From Candidatus Melainabacteria bacterium 17Bon1m (GTDB lineage: Bacteria > Cyanobacteriota > Vampirovibrionia > Obscuribacterales > Obscuribacteraceae): a DNA stretch of 64,000 nucleotides. Positions 58,916-64,000 of the stretch are shown one piece after another (the stretch's first letter is position 1; every line of letters begins with the position of its first letter). The stretch covers positions 704,001-768,000 of the forward strand of contig JAVLKG010000001.1 in NCBI GenBank assembly GCA_032128875.1, in the 5' to 3' direction. The notes below the pieces were generated by a model. It did no database searches and had not been told where the DNA came from. It saw only the letters and a program-made list of their open reading frames with translations. The position numbers were made by a program, and so were the translations under genes.

Positions 58916-60628
58916 ATGCTTCTGAAAAACCGCGTCTTCACTAGGTTTAAGCCACTAACATTCGTGCTTGCAGCACTAATGGTGGCATCTTCGATATGCG
59001 TTTCGGATATCAGCGCAGATGCGCGCACTAGATCTAAGAGTCGTGCTTCTGCGTCAACGCGAAGCAGTGGTTCTTCGCGCTCCGCAAGATCATCCAGAGG
59101 ACGTTCACGAACAGTCGTGCAATATTCAGGTTCGCGCCGCCGCACCGTTGCGGTAAGCAGAAGCCGGGTCACCGCATCGTCTCGACACCGTAGTCGCACA
59201 ATTCGCATTGTCAGGCAGCCGCGCCCTAAGTACGCTTATTCACTCAGCTTGTTCTTAATGCACGCTCCTGCTTTCGACAAGAGCCCGCTTGACCAGCAGA
59301 CAAGTGAAAAGATTGCACGCGCATGGGACCGTGGTATCGCAGATAGTTACCCTGCTCGCACACTCGTGAGGGCGGGTGTTGTTTCGTACCATCCCCTTCG
59401 CGGTGGCATTTTCTATCGACGCGAACCTGTCAAATACATTGTTTTGCACTCAACCGAAACCGGTGTGCCTGTCAGTGCAGTCAACGTCATCGAAGGCTGG
59501 AGCTCAATGGGGCGTCGCCATCCAGGTGCTCAATATGTAGTTGAGCGTGACGGCACAATCTATCAAGCTGTAGATCCGGATCTCGCCACTGTGCACGTCA
59601 ATATCTTCAAGACTTTGCCTGGTATCAACAACGACAACAGCATCGGTATAGAAATGAATCACACCGGCAGGCAGAATTATCCTGCTGCGCAGCGTGAAGC
59701 AGTTTCCAAATTGCTTGCCTATCTCCAAAATCGCTACCAAGTCGATCATGCCAACGTGATCACGCACAGGTACGCACAGCAAGGCGATCATACCGACCCT
59801 GTCAATTTTGATTTGGAAGGATTTCTCGCCTACAAAAACAATTTCCAAAAGCAGGCTCTTGCTTACAAAGTCAAAGGGTTGGAGAAAGAAGTTAAGACCT
59901 GGAACGAGCCCTCCGCCGCTTCTACTATCCTGCAACCGCATCCCGTGCAATCAGTCGATGCAGTTGAGCGTGCGGACAAAAAGCTGGATAGAAATGAAAA
60001 GGTCAAAGTCGCTCCGTTGCCTATTGTCGATGAGCCGGTGCGGACCGCACAGCCTGGAAACGCATTGGAGTTGAAGGGACCGATCGAGGTTGATCCTGCA
60101 GCTGCAACCGATTTAAATCAGAAAGAAACATTTGAAGTGGACGGACCCGGTGCCACCAAGGGTGGTGAAACATCTGAATCCGATAGATCCGGCGGTGGAA
60201 AATCTGAGTCTGCAAAACAAGATTCCTCGCCAGATTCTCCCAAGCCGAAATTCACCCCAGGACCTGACAGCGCGCCAGAATCAAAGTTGAGCAGCCCGCA
60301 TACGAAGTTTGCACCAGCGCATGTGATCAACCAGCTGCCCAAGAAAGAGTTAGAAAACTCATCGCACAAAGTGACTACACTGCCTGTCCACAAGGAAGTT
60401 GTAACTCACAAGTCAAACGATGATGCCCCCCTGACGCAGTTTGTACCAGGTGACAAGGTTACGCACACCCAGGTAAAACCAGCCGCTCGCACAGCCACTG
60501 CCGCTCCGAGAGCAGTAGCGGCCAAGCCGCCTGTCGAAGAGCAAATTCAGCCGAAGGACTTGAAGCCGACTGCAAAGAAATCGATGTTCCAGCGCTTCCG
60601 GTCTTATTTGAAAGATAACTTCCAATAA
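58916..60628 (+). CDS. Exported N-acetylmuramoyl-L-alanine amidase (Amidase_2) with disordered flanks
   Basis: YIVLHST, YVVERDGTIYQ, NDNSIGIE, ITH and TDP; signal peptide; Arg/Ser-rich N-terminus. Confidence 0.85.
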   Translation: MLLKNRVFTRFKPLTFVLAALMVASSICVSDISADARTRSKSRASASTRSSGSSRSARSSRGRSRTVVQYSGSRRRTVAVSRSRVTASSRHRSRTIRIVRQPRPKYAYSLSLFLMHAPAFDKSPLDQQTSEKIARAWDRGIADSYPARTLVRAGVVSYHPLRGGIFYRREPVKYIVLHSTETGVPVSAVNVIEGWSSMGRRHPGAQYVVERDGTIYQAVDPDLATVHVNIFKTLPGINNDNSIGIEMNHTGRQNYPAAQREAVSKLLAYLQNRYQVDHANVITHRYAQQGDHTDPVNFDLEGFLAYKNNFQKQALAYKVKGLEKEVKTWNEPSAASTILQPHPVQSVDAVERADKKLDRNEKVKVAPLPIVDEPVRTAQPGNALELKGPIEVDPAAATDLNQKETFEVDGPGATKGGETSESDRSGGGKSESAKQDSSPDSPKPKFTPGPDSAPESKLSSPHTKFAPAHVINQLPKKELENSSHKVTTLPVHKEVVTHKSNDDAPLTQFVPGDKVTHTQVKPAARTATAAPRAVAAKPPVEEQIQPKDLKPTAKKSMFQRFRSYLKDNFQ

Positions 60629-60633
60629 ACGAG

Positions 60634-60782
60634 ATCGTGGGGGCGCGTTGCACGCGCTCTTTTCCTGTAGGGGCGACGCCATGCGTCGACCACTGCCGGC
60701 GAGCCGCCGGCGCTCCCAGGATTTATCGTGGCGGCGCGTTGCACGCGCCCTTTTCATGTAGAGGCGACGCCATGCGTCGACT
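60634..60782. repeat. REP mosaic: ~58-bp direct repeat (period 91) enclosing a second REP type
   Basis: atcgtggSggcgcgttgcacgcgcYcttttcMtGTAGRggcgacgccatgcgtcgac at 60634 and 60725, with gccggcgagccgccggcgctcccagg between. Confidence 0.85.
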
Positions 60783-60811
60783 TGTTTTGAACACGCGCAA
60801 ACGATGCGCGA

Positions 60812-61459
60812 CTACGGTTGGTTCAACGAAATATCCAAAATACTCGAGTAACCGTTCGGACCAGCGTTCAAATCGCTTTCGATAAGCGAAACGGTACTAA
60901 TCTGATGCGTGAGCGGGAAGAACCCATCTGGAATCTCGAAATCTTTGAGTGAACGTTTCGCTTTGTCGGCATCTCTCTGTTTGTGGTCGGGAGAAAAGCG
61001 ACAAACTGTAAGATGTGGACGGAATCGCTTGAAGCGTTGCACCTTGTCGCTCTTCTCCAAGTACTGCGACAAACTTTCGGTAATTGCGCTGTTGAGACTT
61101 TCCGCTTGGGGGCAGTCTTCCGTGGCTTCAAGAACAAGAACGCGCGGCGCTTTGAGCGAAGACCACACTTCAACTCTGTCGTACTGAATCTCAAAAGAAC
61201 GATTGCCTTGATTCATCCACTGTGCGAGCGTGGATTGCAAATCACTTTTCACGTTTTCGATGCGTGATCGTTCGACATCACCGATGAAAAGCCACGTCAG
61301 GTGCAGTTTTGGGAGTGGCACGAAGCGTGCTTTGATCTGCCATTGCTGCGACAACCGGCTATTCATGTGTTCGAGTTTTTTGACCATGACCGCCTGCTCA
61401 GCGGCGAGGAATGTTCCGACAAATAGGCGTTTCATTCCTTCTTGAGTCATTATTCTCAA
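60812..61459 (-). CDS. thpR: RNA 2',3'-cyclic phosphodiesterase (2H family)
   Basis: MKRLFVG, two HLT motifs (KLHLTWLFIG, FRPHLTVCR) and SLIESDL..GP.Y. Confidence 0.85.
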   Translation of the reverse strand: MRIMTQEGMKRLFVGTFLAAEQAVMVKKLEHMNSRLSQQWQIKARFVPLPKLHLTWLFIGDVERSRIENVKSDLQSTLAQWMNQGNRSFEIQYDRVEVWSSLKAPRVLVLEATEDCPQAESLNSAITESLSQYLEKSDKVQRFKRFRPHLTVCRFSPDHKQRDADKAKRSLKDFEIPDGFFPLTHQISTVSLIESDLNAGPNGYSSILDISLNQP

Positions 61460-61462
61460 TCC

Positions 61463-63622
61463 TCAGTCCACTTCTTTGCCGCTGCTGTAGAAGCTTCTGC
61501 CAGTTGCCGCCATCTGTTTTAGATACGGACTGACCTCGCGATGAGGACCCGGTTCTTTGTAGATTTCTTCCAATTTTTCAATGATGTACGGAATGCCGAG
61601 CGAGTCCGCATAGCGCAGAAGTCCGCCGCGGAAGGGTGGAAAGCCCATCCCCAAGACAGTCGCAACATCGACTTCCCGCGGTCTGCGAACGACTTTTTCG
61701 TCCAAGCAGCGTGCGGCTTCATCAATCATAGGCAGCAAAATGTGTTCTGCTAATTTCTTGCATTCTTCTTGGGGAGCCTTTTCGCTGCTGACGTTCAGTT
61801 TCAAAATGTTAGTCAGGTCAGGATCCATTCCGATGTTTCTGCCGGACTCATCCCAGTTGTAGAGTCCCTTGCCGTGTCGTTTTCCTATGATGCCAATGTC
61901 CTTGACACCTTTCAGGCAAGCCGGCTTCTTAAAGCGTTCGCCGAAATTGTCTTGCAATGAATCAGCAACAAGCAGTGCGACATCCATTCCGACTTCATCT
62001 GTGACACCCCATGGTCCAAGCGGCATTCCAAAGTCTATCGCGGCGTCGTCGATCCAGTTGATTGCTGTGCCGAGGTCGACCAATCTGGCTGCTTCATTTA
62101 TGTAGCAGCACAACAGTCTGTTGACGAGAAAGCAGGTGCTGTCCTTAATTGGCAGAGGCAATTTGTCTAGCGCCGCAAGGAAAGAAAGCACTTTAGATTG
62201 GCTTTCCCGTCCGGCATTTTTCGCTGGAATGACTTCCACCAAAGGCATTCTGTCGACCGGATGAAAGAAGTGGATGCCGAAGAACTCGTGCTTGGCTGCG
62301 AGTGTTTCTACCAGCTTGTTCACCGAGAGTGAGGATGTGTTGGTAGCGACGATCGCCGTGGGTTTCAAAAGCGGCAAGACCTTCGAAAGTATCTCAATCT
62401 TAGTCTCGAAAACCTCAGCGCATGCTTCTACCAGTAAATCAACGTTAGCCAGGTCTTCATACGAATTAGCCGATTTGATCGAGCCGAACGTTCTGACATT
62501 TTCATCTTCAGCGTTGGATTTTTCTGCACGGTTGACGTTGTTTGTGACAGTCTCCAACATCAGTTCTTGGCGGTCTGCGCTGGCGGATTTAACGACGACG
62601 TCAAATCCTCTTATGGCGGCCCAGCTCGCGATGTTGGTACCCATGATGCCACCACCAATGATGCCGACCGATTTAATTGGTTCTGACCCTTGCTTGGCTG
62701 CTTTCGCAGAAGCAGACATCTTGTAGAACTCTGTGGTGAAAAAGAGGAAGATCAAATTTCGCGCAATTTCGCTGAAAGAAAGTTCTGCAAATGCACGTGC
62801 CTCAAATTCATGACCTTTGTCCATGCCTTGAGTGAGCCCGGTTTTGATTGATTCGAGTGCCTTAACCGGTGCAGGATAATTGCCTTTTGTTTTGATGCGC
62901 AGTGTGCGCTCCATCATCTTGAAGTATTTTTCTTGTTTTTCAGGAGTGTCAGCGACGGCTCCGTGGGGAATGGATTTCCAGTCTGGTGCTGCTGCAAGTT
63001 CCAAACAAATTTCTTCTGCTCTGGGGATGAGCCTTTCCTTTTCGACCAGCTCGTCGAGGATGCCTAGCTCGAGAGCCTTTTTGGCACTTACGGTCTGCGC
63101 GAAAAGAATGAATTCGGTGGCTGCCCTTAAATCGATCAAACGCGGCAAACGTTGAGTGCCACCCAGTCCAGGAAGCAATCCAAGCTTCACTTCCGGAAGA
63201 CCAATGACTGTTTCGGGCGAGTCTGTCGCGATTCTGCGCGCACCGCTCAATGCCAGCTCGAGCCCACCGCCCAGACAGGTTCCATTAATTCCAAACACTG
63301 TAGGGATCGATAGATTTGTGATTCTTGTCAGAAGATCTTGCCCGCGCCTTGACATTGCATGCGCCTCTTCGACGTTCATCTTAAGAACTTCGTGCAGGTC
63401 GGCGCCGGAAACGAAATTACTTTCCTTAGCGGAAACCATGACAATACCCTTGATTTTCGGGTCTTTCTCAATCTCTGTGATGGCCGCTTCGAGCTGTCGA
63501 AGTACTTCGGTCGACAGCCAGTTTTCCTTTTGGCTGGAGTCGAAACTAATGAGTGCCAGACCGTTTGAGCGCTTTTCGAGAAGAACCAGTTTGCGCTCGG
63601 TTTCCAGAGATGCTTGTGTCAT
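61463..63622 (-). CDS. fadJ: Fatty-acid oxidation complex alpha subunit (enoyl-CoA hydratase + 3-hydroxyacyl-CoA dehydrogenase)
   Basis: GADL, CLGGGLELAL, GLPEVKLGLLPG.GGTQRL, GGGIMG, TNTSSL, HFF.PV.RMPLVE and GFPPFRGG. Confidence 0.88.
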   Translation of the reverse strand: MTQASLETERKLVLLEKRSNGLALISFDSSQKENWLSTEVLRQLEAAITEIEKDPKIKGIVMVSAKESNFVSGADLHEVLKMNVEEAHAMSRRGQDLLTRITNLSIPTVFGINGTCLGGGLELALSGARRIATDSPETVIGLPEVKLGLLPGLGGTQRLPRLIDLRAATEFILFAQTVSAKKALELGILDELVEKERLIPRAEEICLELAAAPDWKSIPHGAVADTPEKQEKYFKMMERTLRIKTKGNYPAPVKALESIKTGLTQGMDKGHEFEARAFAELSFSEIARNLIFLFFTTEFYKMSASAKAAKQGSEPIKSVGIIGGGIMGTNIASWAAIRGFDVVVKSASADRQELMLETVTNNVNRAEKSNAEDENVRTFGSIKSANSYEDLANVDLLVEACAEVFETKIEILSKVLPLLKPTAIVATNTSSLSVNKLVETLAAKHEFFGIHFFHPVDRMPLVEVIPAKNAGRESQSKVLSFLAALDKLPLPIKDSTCFLVNRLLCCYINEAARLVDLGTAINWIDDAAIDFGMPLGPWGVTDEVGMDVALLVADSLQDNFGERFKKPACLKGVKDIGIIGKRHGKGLYNWDESGRNIGMDPDLTNILKLNVSSEKAPQEECKKLAEHILLPMIDEAARCLDEKVVRRPREVDVATVLGMGFPPFRGGLLRYADSLGIPYIIEKLEEIYKEPGPHREVSPYLKQMAATGRSFYSSGKEVD

Positions 63623-63704
63623 GTTAATTCCCAGGTTTTTGCCAAGATTGACCGACCTAGTCTACTAGCCAGGGCCGAAGTTTCCTTCAAAAACCAGGAA
63701 TAGC

Positions 63705-64000
63705 TTAACTATCCTTTTCCTTCCGGATTTGCTTGATTTCTTTCTTCAGCACTTCCTCTACGCCCTTTGGACCACCCATGCCTTTGAGCAACAGTGCGCC
63801 GCCGACGGCGAATGGAAGCAATATCATTACCATGCTCAGCAACGGAATATTGGCGAAATTCATACGCAACGAGGACAGAATGGAAAAGAAGATAAGGGCT
63901 ACAGAACCGGCTGTTATCGCCCATCCTGCCCGGGCTTTGGAGTCGTAAAACATCCAGCCGATGCCAAACATAAGAGGAACAAGCAGCAAACCAAAACCGC
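63705..64000 (-). CDS. Hypothetical membrane protein, 5' end outside the window
   Basis: Three hydrophobic segments; the frame continues to the window edge. Confidence 0.65.
   Translation of the reverse strand, partial: GFGLLLVPLMFGIGWMFYDSKARAGWAITAGSVALIFFSILSSLRMNFANIPLLSMVMILLPFAVGGALLLKGMGGPKGVEEVLKKEIKQIRKEKDS

Noticed and set aside
60634..60782. Possible two-repeat mini-CRISPR (58-bp repeat, 33-bp gap)
   Set aside because: The repeat is too long, is built from REP units, and the gap is itself a repeat found at 10323
1..64000. Prophage, IS, integron, anti-phage defence system, tRNA or rRNA
   Set aside because: No integrase, transposase, nuclease, phage structural motif, cloverleaf or rRNA-like sequence recognised

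Overview
A gene-dense bacterial chromosomal window of about 48 CDS. I found no rRNA, tRNA, CRISPR array, prophage or transposase. Cyanobacterial-type NdhD/NdhF sequences occur with no photosynthesis genes, alongside futalosine-pathway MqnD, a 2-oxoacid:ferredoxin oxidoreductase, 42-aa-repeat TPR proteins and an MshEN-repeat protein. This points, by inference, to a non-photosynthetic cyanobacterial relative (Vampirovibrionia/Melainabacteria, Obscuribacterales-like). Housekeeping genes: ltaE, ndhD, ndhF, korA, korB, fsa/tal, mqnD, murE, rpmA, rplU, an AhpA/AhpT-like peroxiredoxin pair, hemL, comF, prs, a PrsA-like PPIase, mfd, mnmA, thpR and fadJ. Five candidates most deserve follow-up. (1) A divergent ndhD/ndhF pair is followed by a His-rich single-pass membrane protein and korAB with a PepSY-like tail, a possible ferredoxin-fed NDH module. 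(2) A co-oriented four-gene cassette at 13.6-18.6 kb encodes a thaumatin-like Cys-rich protein and a Gly/Asn prion-like protein. (3) Two REP families form REPIN/mosaic elements at four intergenic sites. (4) Two tandem zinc peptidases include one with a gluten-like P/Q linker. (5) A stand-alone four-unit MshEN-like protein sits behind a long structured leader. All product calls come from motif recognition by eye; no database search was run, and no novel system is proven from sequence alone.
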